A stretch of DNA of 32,000 nt, taken from the NCBI RefSeq assembly GCF_000007185.1, contig NC_003551.1, positions 60,001 through 92,000 of the forward strand. Direction: 5' to 3'. Below, in pieces: positions 8,133 to 17,821 of the stretch. How positions within the stretch are numbered: the stretch's first letter is position 1; each line of letters opens with the position of its first letter. Below the pieces are notes generated by a model. The model saw nothing but the letters and a program-made list of their open reading frames with translations, was not told where the DNA came from and did not search any database. Source of the DNA: Methanopyrus kandleri AV19. Its GTDB lineage: Archaea; JAADCQ01; Methanopyri; Methanopyrales; Methanopyraceae. A program made the position numbers and the translations under genes.

Positions 8133-9011
8133 TCACCTCGTGAGCCTGAACATCTCCTCGACTACTTCTTCGACCTGAGAGATAAGGTCGGGGTCCAGCT
8201 CCACTCTGAGCGGTTCCGGGACGTGTCGGGCCTCGAGTACTCTTTCGACTTTTTCCCCCGTGTTGATTTTCATATCGGGACACACCATATGGCCGGGAAC
8301 GATGACTTCGGTGCCCGTTTCGCGACGTATCCTGAAGGCGAGACCTTCCTCGGTCCCCATTACGATTTTACTGGCGTCCTCCTTTTCACAGTATTGACGT
8401 ATTTGGGACGTGGAGCCGACGAAGTCCGCCATCGCGCATACTTCAAGAGGGCATTCCGGGTGTACCACGACGGCGGCATCCGGATGTTGAGAACACAGTT
8501 CGCGTAGGTCGGAAGGGGACAGCGAGTGATGGACGGGGCAGCAACCGTGCTCGGGGAACGGGATTACCTCCTTGTCCGGCACGTGTTTCTGCACCCAGGC
8601 CGCTAGGTTACCGTCGGGAACGAAGATGATCTTATCCTCGGGGAGTGAGGACACGACTTCGACGGCGTTAGCACTAGTGCACATCACGTCGGCCTCAGCC
8701 TTCACTTCGGCGCTCGTGTTGACGTACACGACCACGGCGGCGTCCGGATGCTCGCGGCGAAACTCTCGCAGTTCTTTCGCCCTGAGCCGCATGGCCATGC
8801 CGCACGCAGCGCGGTGATCGGGCACGACGACTTCACGGTCGGGGTTGAGTGCCTTCACAACCTCCGCCATGAAGTCCACTCCGCACATTACGATACGATC
8901 AGCGTCGATCTCCCTGGCCTCCAAGGCCAGCTCCAGCGAATCCCCGACGGAGTCCGCCATAAGCTGCACGTCGGGCCGCTGGTAATTGTGAGCCAGCACG
9001 AACGTCTCCAC
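8133..9011 (-). CDS. nadA: Quinolinate synthase
   Basis: LAHNYQRPDVQLMADSVGDSLELA; VVVYVNTSAEVKAEADVMCTSANAVEVV; FVPDGNLAAWV; GCCPVHH; MVCPDMKINT are NadA signatures with the conserved Cys. Confidence 0.95.
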   Translation of the reverse strand: METFVLAHNYQRPDVQLMADSVGDSLELALEAREIDADRIVMCGVDFMAEVVKALNPDREVVVPDHRAACGMAMRLRAKELREFRREHPDAAVVVYVNTSAEVKAEADVMCTSANAVEVVSSLPEDKIIFVPDGNLAAWVQKHVPDKEVIPFPEHGCCPVHHSLSPSDLRELCSQHPDAAVVVHPECPLEVCAMADFVGSTSQIRQYCEKEDASKIVMGTEEGLAFRIRRETGTEVIVPGHMVCPDMKINTGEKVERVLEARHVPEPLRVELDPDLISQVEEVVEEMFRLTR

Positions 9012-9026
9012 GGAGCCCTACCCCCT

Positions 9027-9938
9027 CTACCCCAACGGCTCGAACTCGACCCCGAATACGCGTTCCGGAATTTCGATCATCACCTCGGACACGAGGTCTG
9101 GGTCGATGGTACGGAGGATTCTGGCCGCCTTGGGCACCGCACGGAGCGGTAGGGCGGCGTTGGGGCGCCTGGGATCGTCCAAGTAGTCGCTCTCCAGCAT
9201 GAACTCCGGACCGTGCTCCGCGGCTTCCCGCACTGATCGTCGAGATGCGGGTACTGAGGGCCATATCCCCACGTTTCGGGCCGCGGAGACGTCGGGTGTC
9301 GCCCGATGCCTCACGAACCTGTCGAAGTCGAACCCGACGTCTTTTAAGTACTCGTACAGTCGCATGTAGTGCTTCCTAGAGGCTTTGGGTCCGTGGTAAA
9401 TTACCGGTAGGTCCAGATCTTTGGCCAGCTCTAGGAACCTGACGAATACCTTGTGACACACACGCTTCACCTCGGCTGGCACGGGATAATGCGGATGACC
9501 TACTTCACCCACTGCAACTACCTCTTCGTACTCGGCGGCGAATTTCTCGATGAGATCGCACACGGTTTCCGCGACGTTCAGCACCTCCTCTTCGGGATGT
9601 TCTTCAGCCAGCGTCGCCACCTCGGCCGGATGCCAACCTAAGGCCGCATATCCCCTCAGCGGATACTCGAGCCTGCCGTACCGGACTCCTTCGAGGTGTA
9701 ACCGGTAGGCGCGCTCGAAGTCCTCTCTACCGTATCCGTGGATTCGATAGCTCCGAAGCGTTAGAACTGGAGATACGAACCCGGTACCTCCAGCCCGATG
9801 GAACTTCTCAAAGACCTTGTACCCGTCACCTTTCACCGGATTGAAGTGGAGATGTACGTCAGTAGCCACCTGCAATCGATCACCCCGGATCATCATGAAG
9901 GCTGGCTTAAATCGGATGACGTGAGGGCTCGGCGTCAT
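9027..9938 (-). CDS. TatD-related metal-dependent hydrolase
   Basis: VATDVHLHFN; GYAALGWHPAE; VAVGEVGHPHYPVP; LPVIYHGPK; ESDYLDDPRRP match TatD-like amidohydrolase motifs. Confidence 0.75.
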   Translation of the reverse strand: MTPSPHVIRFKPAFMMIRGDRLQVATDVHLHFNPVKGDGYKVFEKFHRAGGTGFVSPVLTLRSYRIHGYGREDFERAYRLHLEGVRYGRLEYPLRGYAALGWHPAEVATLAEEHPEEEVLNVAETVCDLIEKFAAEYEEVVAVGEVGHPHYPVPAEVKRVCHKVFVRFLELAKDLDLPVIYHGPKASRKHYMRLYEYLKDVGFDFDRFVRHRATPDVSAARNVGIWPSVPASRRSVREAAEHGPEFMLESDYLDDPRRPNAALPLRAVPKAARILRTIDPDLVSEVMIEIPERVFGVEFEPLG

Positions 9939-10048
9939 CCCGGCCGATCATCCGTCTCCCGAGTGGTGGCCTTCTTCATCGCCCGGGGGTTAGCGGAGTG
10001 TGGGTAGAATTGAGACGTAAATACGGCCGGGATCGCGGTCACGCACCG

Positions 10049-10933
10049 ATGTCGGAGGAGGACGTGCTGCGGGTCAAGCCCAAGGAACGTCCCGGAGTGG
10101 TGTTCGTAACCCCGGATGGTCGAGTTCACGCGGACTTAGGACACGTGAGGATGGTGGAAGACACCGTGACGCTGCACTCCGATCCCACGGAGCCCCCGGG
10201 TCCGGACAACCCATCCGTGATCGTGCCGGAGCACGTGCTGGCGGCACTTTACGTTTCGGGATACGCCGGCGCGGTAGTCGAGATCCGTGGTGATCCGGGA
10301 CACGCGGAGCACGTGTGGAGGGCCGATTGTTACCTGAGGGAGGCCGTGGAGGAGTTGGGTGGTCCAGCCGACCCACCCGAGATGGGGGAGCCCGCGGCTA
10401 AAAGGGCGTTCATCCGCGAAGGAGAAGCCCCGTCTACGGTTAGGAACGTGGAGGGAAGGATCGAACCGGCGGAAGAGTTCGAAGTGCGTGTAGGTGGTGA
10501 GGAGGTTTCGGTTCACGATCTCATGACCGTCAGACGTGGGAACGTGAGCAACAAGACCCCCGAGCACGCGGGCCTAGACGTGGTAGCAGACGTCGCGATG
10601 TTGGCGGGGACGGCGTGTGCTAGGGTGGAGATATCACGACCCACGGAGGTAACCTCGATACATCCTACCGATCTCTACCTGGCGACGGCCGCAAAGCACG
10701 GAATTCGCGTCTGTTCGCTCAACGTGGGGAGGATGCGGGGCGCCGTAAACTTGGAGGAGGGGGAGACCGTCCGTGTCGGCACCGATCTCAGGTACGAGGT
10801 TTGCATCACCGAAGAACCGGTAGCATCTGAGATCAAGATAGGTGACGTAACGCTGGTCCGCGAGGGAGGTAAGTTCCGGGTCGTAGAGCCTGGAACGGTT
10901 CGGCTCGGAGATGAGGTGGTGGAAGTAGGTTGA
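10049..10933 (+). CDS. Conserved hypothetical protein
   Basis: Long intact ORF (ATG at 10049 plausible; alternative start 9998). Four-base overlap with the downstream membrane protein gene. Confidence 0.6.
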   Translation: MSEEDVLRVKPKERPGVVFVTPDGRVHADLGHVRMVEDTVTLHSDPTEPPGPDNPSVIVPEHVLAALYVSGYAGAVVEIRGDPGHAEHVWRADCYLREAVEELGGPADPPEMGEPAAKRAFIREGEAPSTVRNVEGRIEPAEEFEVRVGGEEVSVHDLMTVRRGNVSNKTPEHAGLDVVADVAMLAGTACARVEISRPTEVTSIHPTDLYLATAAKHGIRVCSLNVGRMRGAVNLEEGETVRVGTDLRYEVCITEEPVASEIKIGDVTLVREGGKFRVVEPGTVRLGDEVVEVG

Positions 10934-11757
10934 TCGACATTTCGTCCCTGTCATGGGCCGTAGCGCTCGGAGTAGTTCGAGGTCTCTACGTGTTCGCGGG
11001 ATCGTTCATCGCGGCGGCCGTCTACCGGTACGTGGCGGAGGAGAGGATCCGAATGACGACCTCCGCCTTCATGGGTCTTTTAACCGCCGGGTTCGCGGCC
11101 GGCCCCAAAGAACTCACGGCACTCACGTACCAAAATCCGAACGTGGAGATGATCGCGTGGGCTATCGCCACCTTGTTCGCGATACCCGCCAGGACCTACG
11201 GGGACGCTATCGGTGAGAGGATTCTCCGGGCGAGGATACGAGCATCGATGAACCCCAGAACTAAGGTTTACAGGCTCCCCGAGAACCCCAACGAGATCAA
11301 GGATATCCCCGGAGAACCACCCGCGCCCATGGAGGTCAAAGAACGGATCGCGGGACGCGAGTACGAGTTCCCTCGAGGCACTCCTAAGGAGGAAGTTGAG
11401 CGAGTGATCAAGCGAGATTTGGAGAGCGAGACCGGGATAGGTCGCGCCGTAGTCCGCGTGCGAAACGGCGACGTCGAGGTACTCGTAGCGGGTGCGAAGC
11501 CCCCGGTCTCGCACACGCTCCCTCCGGACAAGGTCGCCGTTTCCGTGGAACCACTAGGCGGCGCCATCCACATCGGAGAGGGAGATCGTGTACGTGTGTT
11601 CGTGGACGGTCGCGAGCTGGGTGAAGCGGAGGTATGGCGGCGGGTAGATGATCGGGTAGTATTGGTGATGGAAGAACGCACTGCCGAAGAGCTGCTGAAG
11701 GAGATCACTCAAGGCAAGCAGGTGTCCCTTATGGCGGTGAGAGGGGAGGGAAGTTGA
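10930..11757 (+). CDS. Membrane protein with N-terminal TM region and soluble C-terminal domain
   Basis: Hydrophobic segments in the first ~90 residues (WAVALGVVRGLYVFAGSFIAAAVY; MIAWAIATLFAIPARTYG). Start TTG overlaps the previous stop and the stop overlaps the next start. Confidence 0.65.
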   Translation: MIDISSLSWAVALGVVRGLYVFAGSFIAAAVYRYVAEERIRMTTSAFMGLLTAGFAAGPKELTALTYQNPNVEMIAWAIATLFAIPARTYGDAIGERILRARIRASMNPRTKVYRLPENPNEIKDIPGEPPAPMEVKERIAGREYEFPRGTPKEEVERVIKRDLESETGIGRAVVRVRNGDVEVLVAGAKPPVSHTLPPDKVAVSVEPLGGAIHIGEGDRVRVFVDGRELGEAEVWRRVDDRVVLVMEERTAEELLKEITQGKQVSLMAVRGEGS

Positions 11758-13088
11758 AGCGTGAGCGCGTTCGGATCGAGGGAGGCTCGATCAGGGTAGA
11801 CGGACCGTCCCGGGCGCGAGTAATTCGAGGTGAAGCGACCACGAACAAAGGTACCGAAGTGAGTGAAGGCGAAGAACTCGTGATCAGGCGTGGGGAGCGA
11901 CTGACGCTCACCACCGACTCGGAGCTCGAGCTGGAGCTAGTCCTGGGAACCGGTGCCGGCTACTCGGTCGAAGAGGACGGCGTCGAAATACCATCGGACT
12001 GGAAAGAGTTGGCCGAGGAGCTGGCCGATCACGGTGGAACGCCGGTTTGCATGGTGATCGGTCCTCAGGACTCCGGCAAGACGACGCTAGTTACCTTCAT
12101 CGCCAACGAGCTCGTGGAGCGCGGGCTCAAGGTAGGTATCGTCGACGCCGATGTAGGGCAGTCGGATGTCGGGCCTCCGGCGGTCGTCTCCTTAGGTATC
12201 GTCGAGGATACCGTCCACGACCTCTCCGAGGTAGAGATGAGACACGGGTACTTCGTCGGGTCGATCACCCCATCGGGTCACCTACTCCAGACCACCGTAG
12301 GGACTCGAAGGATGGTAGACCTCGCACTAGCTGAAGGGACGGATGTCGTGCTCATCGATACCTCGGGGATGGTTCACGGCGGACCTGCTAGAGCCCTTAA
12401 ACTCCACAAGGTCGATGCGATCAGACCCTCACACGTGGCGTTCCTGGACCGTGACGGTCAGGTGTCACACATCAAGCGTATGGTGAAGTCCTTGAAGTAC
12501 ATTAAGGTGCACGACCTCGCGGTGCCTGATGCCGTGAAGGACGTCGAACGGAAGGACCGTATTCGACGTAGAGAGCGCGTACTGCGCGAGTTCTTCGAGG
12601 AACGGGAGATCCTGGAGCTCGACCTGGAGGAAGTCTCCGTACAGCGGGCGTTTATAGGAACGGGTGAGCCGGTGGACTTGGAGGAGGAGAGTGAACTATC
12701 CGCACTGATCAAAGCGGTATCCGGTGTCGAACCCGAGATATTGCACGCGGAGAGAGCACCGGATGCCGTTGTTTTGGTCGTTAAAGACCAAGCCGGTCGA
12801 ATCGTGGGACGCGGCGGCCGACATGCCCGAGAGCTTAGGCGGCTGCTTAACGTCCGAGAGTTCGTCGTAGTCAACGAGGAGGAACTTCAGGGAGTGCTGG
12901 TAGGACTGTGTGACGGGGCCGGTGACCTGCTCGGTATCGGCGTGATTCGAGAGATCGACTTCGCCTCCGGAGAACTGAAAGTCGAGGGCAGGTTACTCCG
13001 CGACAGGACGATTCGCGTCGTTCAGCTGGGCTCGCTTAAAGTGGACCCGGAGACAGGGTCTCACGAGCCTATGAACGTACGAGTTTGA
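11754..13088 (+). CDS. Clp1/Grc3-family polyribonucleotide 5'-hydroxyl kinase
   Basis: MVIGPQDSGKTTLVTFIANELVERG (Walker A), VGIVDADVGQSDVGPPAVVSLG, VLIDTSGMVHG, and a C-terminal beta-domain typical of the family. Confidence 0.88.
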   Translation: MKRERVRIEGGSIRVDGPSRARVIRGEATTNKGTEVSEGEELVIRRGERLTLTTDSELELELVLGTGAGYSVEEDGVEIPSDWKELAEELADHGGTPVCMVIGPQDSGKTTLVTFIANELVERGLKVGIVDADVGQSDVGPPAVVSLGIVEDTVHDLSEVEMRHGYFVGSITPSGHLLQTTVGTRRMVDLALAEGTDVVLIDTSGMVHGGPARALKLHKVDAIRPSHVAFLDRDGQVSHIKRMVKSLKYIKVHDLAVPDAVKDVERKDRIRRRERVLREFFEEREILELDLEEVSVQRAFIGTGEPVDLEEESELSALIKAVSGVEPEILHAERAPDAVVLVVKDQAGRIVGRGGRHARELRRLLNVREFVVVNEEELQGVLVGLCDGAGDLLGIGVIREIDFASGELKVEGRLLRDRTIRVVQLGSLKVDPETGSHEPMNVRV

Positions 13089-13120
13089 CTCCAGTCCTGA
13101 AGGGTTAAGCTTTCGGGGCT

Positions 13121-14119
13121 GTGACGAGAATGTACGTGGGGATCGATCACGGTACCTCGGGGATCAAAGTTGCAGCGTACGACGGTGAAGGAGACCCGGA
13201 GTTTTTAGGCAAAGCACCGAGACGGAAGGTGGCCGAGCGTGGGTTGCTCCGATCCCTCCCCGACGAAGCCCGGAGGGCAGTAGAGGAGGCCGAGTGCATC
13301 TGTCTGAACTATGGGATGGGCGACGCGCTCACGGAGTTCACGCCGCTAGAGGAAGCGGAGGATCTCGGCGTAGGATACGGACTACGTGATACCAGCGGAG
13401 CGGGGCGGGAGTTCGGCGCCGGGAGACGTATGGTCGAGGAGCTGTCAGAGCTCGGCGTTGAGGCCTATCTAGCACCGGGTATTCATCGGGACTTACCGCG
13501 GCTGGACGGGGCATTCCGAGTGTTCTCACACGTAGCGAGCGGTGAGAAGCTGGGAACAGCGAGGCTCGCACTCGAGTTATCCTCCTCGAAGGATATCGTG
13601 GTGTGTGACACAAGCTCGAACACAGTTTCCGTGGTAGTGAAGGACGGCGAAGTAATCGGCGGAATCGACGCGTGCCTCGGCGCTCCGGGCGTATTGCAGG
13701 GACCGTTGGACTTGGAGGCCATTCGCAGGATCGACGCGGGTGAACTGTCGGCCAACGGGGCGTTTTCAACCGGAGGGATCGTTAAGATCGTCAACTGCGC
13801 CGGGGAAGATCCCGAGAGCGCGGTAGAGGAATTCATCCAGAGGTGTGGCAAGGAAGAGAAGGAGTGGCTGGCACGGCTGGTCGCTTGGGAGGTGGCGGGG
13901 TTAGGCGTCGTCTACGACTGCGACGAGGCGTGGATCGGAGGTACGTTGTCGGGAGACGACGAATTCATGGGGGTGCTGGAGAGAGTCCTGAGCAAGGCTT
14001 TTAACAAGGTCGCCGGGCTACCGCCCGAGTCGGCTTCGATGGGACTAGCCCTGATCGCCGCAGACATAGCCTCCGGAGCCCGGTCGGTGTTGGGGGTGCG
14101 AATTTCTCGCCGCCCCTGA
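13121..14119 (+). CDS. Methanogenesis marker protein 12-like (UPF0285) ASKHA-fold protein
   Basis: MYVGIDHGTSGIKVAAYDG; CICLNYGMGDAL; GIHRDLPRLD...FSHVASGEKLG; SANGAFSTGGIVKIV. Confidence 0.85.
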   Translation: MTRMYVGIDHGTSGIKVAAYDGEGDPEFLGKAPRRKVAERGLLRSLPDEARRAVEEAECICLNYGMGDALTEFTPLEEAEDLGVGYGLRDTSGAGREFGAGRRMVEELSELGVEAYLAPGIHRDLPRLDGAFRVFSHVASGEKLGTARLALELSSSKDIVVCDTSSNTVSVVVKDGEVIGGIDACLGAPGVLQGPLDLEAIRRIDAGELSANGAFSTGGIVKIVNCAGEDPESAVEEFIQRCGKEEKEWLARLVAWEVAGLGVVYDCDEAWIGGTLSGDDEFMGVLERVLSKAFNKVAGLPPESASMGLALIAADIASGARSVLGVRISRRP

Positions 14120-14928
14120 TTTCATACCTGGGGCCGCCAGGCACGTTCACAGAGGAGGCGGCTGAGCGGTTTTCTGAGGAAGAACTTGGGGGAAACGGAA
14201 AGCTCCAGTCTGCCAGGACTATTACCGCGGTTTTCTCACGTGTAGAGCGAGGTGAGGCGGATTACGGTGTAGTTCCGTGGGAGAATTCACTGGAGGGATC
14301 CGTAGGAGAGACTTTGGATAACTTCCTGCATAGGAGCGTACGCGTGTTCGGCGAGCTGGTGTTACCGATCGTGCATGCACTGATGTCCGGATCCGAACCG
14401 GACGACCGTGAACCCGTGGTCTACTCGCACCCCCAGGCGTATGAGCAGGCGCGGGAAACGCTGCGAGAGTTACTCGGTAACCACGAGTTCGTACCCACGG
14501 CGAGCACCGCCGAAGCTGCCAAACTGGCGTCGAAGGAGGGTGCTTACGCTCTAGGTCCACCGAGGCTCGCGGAGCGGTTCGGATTGGACATAATGGAGGA
14601 GATAAGACTGGAAAATAACGAGACCAGGTTCGCGATCATCTCGAGGCGCGATAGAGCCCCGACTAAAGAGGACAAAACATCCGTGGTGTTCTCGGTAACC
14701 GATCGTCCGGGTGCTCTACGTGAGATTTTGGGTATCTTCGCGGATCGAGGTATCAACCTCACTAAGATCGAATCTCGACCCGCGAAGAGAGGGTTAGGAG
14801 ACTACGTTTTCTTCCTGGACTTTGAGGGGCACAGGATGCTCTATCCCGGGTCCGAAGCGTTGGCAGAACTCCGAGAAAGAACGCCGTTTTCCAAGGTGTT
14901 GGGGTCGTACCCCAAGGTTTTCCCGTAG
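14116..14928 (+). CDS. pheA: Prephenate dehydratase with C-terminal ACT domain; probable non-canonical start (CTG 14116 or ATT 14119)
   Basis: Manual translation upstream of the ORF-track start (14314) gives ISYLGPPGTFTEEAAERFSEEELGGNGKLQSARTITAVFSRVERGEADYGVVPWENSLEGSVGETLDNF; then ACT domain FSVTDRPGALREILGIFADRGINLTKIESRP. Confidence 0.93.
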   Translation: MISYLGPPGTFTEEAAERFSEEELGGNGKLQSARTITAVFSRVERGEADYGVVPWENSLEGSVGETLDNFLHRSVRVFGELVLPIVHALMSGSEPDDREPVVYSHPQAYEQARETLRELLGNHEFVPTASTAEAAKLASKEGAYALGPPRLAERFGLDIMEEIRLENNETRFAIISRRDRAPTKEDKTSVVFSVTDRPGALREILGIFADRGINLTKIESRPAKRGLGDYVFFLDFEGHRMLYPGSEALAELRERTPFSKVLGSYPKVFP

Positions 14929-14940
14929 GGGGTTAGGACC

Positions 14941-15492
14941 GTGATCGAGATCAGAATACACGGGAGAGGCGGCCAAGGAGCCGTCACCGCGGCCGAGATC
15001 CTGGCGATCGCGGCGAAGGAGGATGGGAAGTACTCCCAAGCGTTCCCGTTTTTCGGTGTGGAACGCCGTGGAGCGCCAGTGACGGCCTTCGCCCGGATCG
15101 ATGACGAGTTCATCAAGATTCGATCGCAGATATACGAGCCGGACCACGTGATAGTACTCGACTCCAGCCTGCTGGCCGTAGTAGACGTTACCGAAGGTCT
15201 ACCGGAGGACGGTCTCATCGTTATCAACGCTAGGGAGGAGGAGCTAGACAAGATCATGGAGAAGTTCGAGGATTCCGACGTCTACACTGTGGACGCGACC
15301 CAGATCGCGCTGGACGAGTTAGGTGTCCCTATCGTGAACACCGCGATGGTCGGTGCCTATCTGAAGGCTTCCGATATCCTCACTCTCGATGCCGTGAAGA
15401 AGGCCATTCATGCACGCTTCTCGGGAGAGATCGCCGAGAAAAACGTCAGAGCCGTTGAACGAGCCTACCGGGAGGTGAAGGCAGTTGGGTAA
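14941..15492 (+). CDS. porC: Pyruvate:ferredoxin oxidoreductase gamma subunit
   Basis: [52 protein letters not shown] signature. Confidence 0.92.
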   Translation: MIEIRIHGRGGQGAVTAAEILAIAAKEDGKYSQAFPFFGVERRGAPVTAFARIDDEFIKIRSQIYEPDHVIVLDSSLLAVVDVTEGLPEDGLIVINAREEELDKIMEKFEDSDVYTVDATQIALDELGVPIVNTAMVGAYLKASDILTLDAVKKAIHARFSGEIAEKNVRAVERAYREVKAVG

Positions 15493-15754
15493 TGAAGAAT
15501 TTACGATAGGGGCCGTAGTGCGAGAGCCGGGAAGTACCAAGAGGAATAAGACCGGCAGATGGCGCGTGTTCAGGCCCGTACTAGATCAGGAGAAGTGTAT
15601 GAACTGCGGTCTGTGCTTCATGTACTGCCCGGACGGGTGCATTAGGCCCTCGGACGATGGCTACGTTATCGACTATGATTACTGTAAAGGGTGTGGAATC
15701 TGCGAAAGCGTGTGTCCTGTAAATGCGATCGAAATGGTACTGGAGGAGGGTTGA
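15485..15754 (+). CDS. porD: Pyruvate:ferredoxin oxidoreductase delta subunit (2x[4Fe-4S] ferredoxin)
   Basis: [16 protein letters not shown] and [16 protein letters not shown]; [15 protein letters not shown]; overlaps end of porC. Confidence 0.92.
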   Translation: MGNEEFTIGAVVREPGSTKRNKTGRWRVFRPVLDQEKCMNCGLCFMYCPDGCIRPSDDGYVIDYDYCKGCGICESVCPVNAIEMVLEEG

Positions 15755-15766
15755 GGGGAGATACCG

Positions 15767-16918
15767 ATGACTGAAGTTCATGTGATCAACGGGAATTACG
15801 CCGTAGCCGAAGCGGTTAGGATGGTGGACGTCGACGTCATTGCGGCGTACCCGATCACACCCCAAACACCCATCGTAGAATACCTTTCCGAGTTCGTATC
15901 TAACGGGGAACTGGACGCCGAGTTCATACACGTAGAGTCCGAGCACAGCGCGATCAGCGCCGTGCTCGGTGCCTCGGCGACTGGAGCCCGCGTGTTCACT
16001 GCGACGGCGTCTCAAGGTCTCGCCCTTATGCACGAGATCCTGTTCATCGCTTCAGGACTCAGGTTACCGATCGTGATGGCCGTCGCGAACCGCGCGCTCT
16101 CAGCTCCGATCAACATCTGGTGCGATCACTCCGACTCCGTGGCGCAACGGGACACGTCGTGGATCCAGCTGTACTGTGAGTCTAATCAAGAGGTATTCGA
16201 CACCGTAGTGCAAGCCTACCGGATCGCGGAACACGAAGACGTCCTCTTACCCGTGATGGTATGCCTGGACGGGTTCACGTTATCCCACACCTTGGAACCC
16301 GTCGAACTTCCGGAAGAGGAAGAGGTACGATCGTTCGTCGGTAAGTACGAGCCAACCCACTGTTACCTAGACCCCGAAGACCCGATGACGCTAGGGCCTG
16401 TAGGTGGCCCTGACAGCTACATGGAGTTCAAGAAGATGCAGCACGATGCGATGGAAAAGGCACGTGAGGTTATAGGAGAGGTCAACAGGGAGTTCTCGGA
16501 CGAGTTCGGGCGTTCCTACGGTGACGGGCTAATCGAGGAGTACAATACAGAGGACGCTGATTACGTGGTGATCGCGATGGGATCCGTCTGCGGGACCGTC
16601 AAGCACGTGATAGATGAGGAGCGCCCGGACGTGGGTCTGGTCAGGGTGAAGGCTTACCGCCCGTTCCCAGGCGACCGGATAGTGGAGGTAATCCAGGACA
16701 AGGAAGGCGTCGTGACTATCGATCGCGCACATTCGTACGGGGCGATGCCGCCGCTGTGGACGGACGTCAAAGCTCACGCACCGGACGTCGACGTATCGTC
16801 GACCATCGCGGGTCTCGGTGGCCGCGACATACGCCCACAGGACGTGCTCGAGATAATCAAGGTGGCAGAGGAAGGGAAGGGTATGGACGAACCCGTCTGG
16901 ATCAACGTGAAGGTGTGA
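15767..16918 (+). CDS. porA: Pyruvate:ferredoxin oxidoreductase alpha subunit
   Basis: GNYAVAEAVRMVDVDVIAAYPITPQTPIVEYLSEFV; FIHVESEHSAISAVLGASATGARVFTATASQGLALMHEILFIASG. Confidence 0.95.
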   Translation: MTEVHVINGNYAVAEAVRMVDVDVIAAYPITPQTPIVEYLSEFVSNGELDAEFIHVESEHSAISAVLGASATGARVFTATASQGLALMHEILFIASGLRLPIVMAVANRALSAPINIWCDHSDSVAQRDTSWIQLYCESNQEVFDTVVQAYRIAEHEDVLLPVMVCLDGFTLSHTLEPVELPEEEEVRSFVGKYEPTHCYLDPEDPMTLGPVGGPDSYMEFKKMQHDAMEKAREVIGEVNREFSDEFGRSYGDGLIEEYNTEDADYVVIAMGSVCGTVKHVIDEERPDVGLVRVKAYRPFPGDRIVEVIQDKEGVVTIDRAHSYGAMPPLWTDVKAHAPDVDVSSTIAGLGGRDIRPQDVLEIIKVAEEGKGMDEPVWINVKV

Positions 16919-16930
16919 GGGGGACCATCC

Positions 16931-17821
16931 GTGGGGAACAAGAGACGCGTCCCCATCCCGGAGGAGGAACTCATGGCTCCCGGCCATCGAGCGTGTGCGG
17001 GCTGCGGATCCGCCCTCTGCGCGCGCCTCTGCATGAAGGCCCTCGGTAAAGACACCGTGGTAGTCATGCCGACGGGGTGCATCGAGGTCGTCACGACGCC
17101 GTACCCGGAGACCGCTTGGGAAGTACCGTGGATCCACGTGGCGTTCGAGAACGCCGCCGCCGTCGCATCCGGTATCGAACGCGCATTGAAGGCGTTGGGG
17201 AAGGAGGACGTCACCGTTGCCGTGCTCGCGGGCGACGGTGGAACCGTGGACATAGGATTTCAGGCGCTATCGGGAATGATCGAGCGAGGTCACAATATCG
17301 TCTACATCTGTTACGACAACGAGGCTTACATGAACACAGGAGTACAGCGGAGCGGTGCGACACCGTACTTCGCCGCGACTACCACAACACCGCCGGGTAA
17401 GATCTGGAAGGGAGAGATGCGACCTAAGAAGGACATCCCGAAGATCATCGCCGCGCACGGAGCGCCGTACGTTGCGACGGCGTGCGTATCCCATCCCCAG
17501 GACCTCATCAAGAAGGTCAAGAAGGCGAAGGAAGTGGAAGGACCGGCGTACGTCCACGTACTGTGCCCGTGTCCACCGGGTTGGGGGCATGATTCGTCGG
17601 AGACTATCGAGATCGCGAAGCTGGCAGTGGAGACGGGGATGTGGGTGCTATACGAAATCGAGAACGGGGAGTTCCGCATCACCTATCGTCCGAAGGAGCG
17701 CAAGCCGGTGAAGGAGTACCTCAAGCGTCAGAAGCGGTTCCAACACCTGAGCGAGGACGACATAGAGAAGATCCAAAGGATGGTGGACGAGCAGTGGAAG
17801 GAGCTCGAAGGGAAGGAGTAA
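16931..17821 (+). CDS. porB: Pyruvate:ferredoxin oxidoreductase beta subunit (TPP-binding)
   Basis: [16 protein letters not shown]; [45 protein letters not shown]. Confidence 0.95.
   Translation: MGNKRRVPIPEEELMAPGHRACAGCGSALCARLCMKALGKDTVVVMPTGCIEVVTTPYPETAWEVPWIHVAFENAAAVASGIERALKALGKEDVTVAVLAGDGGTVDIGFQALSGMIERGHNIVYICYDNEAYMNTGVQRSGATPYFAATTTTPPGKIWKGEMRPKKDIPKIIAAHGAPYVATACVSHPQDLIKKVKKAKEVEGPAYVHVLCPCPPGWGHDSSETIEIAKLAVETGMWVLYEIENGEFRITYRPKERKPVKEYLKRQKRFQHLSEDDIEKIQRMVDEQWKELEGKE

Noticed and set aside
17641-17793. ORF-track extension of the polyferredoxin into porB
   Set aside because: The extension is a shifted reading of the porB coding sequence; in-frame GTG at 17794 is more plausible.
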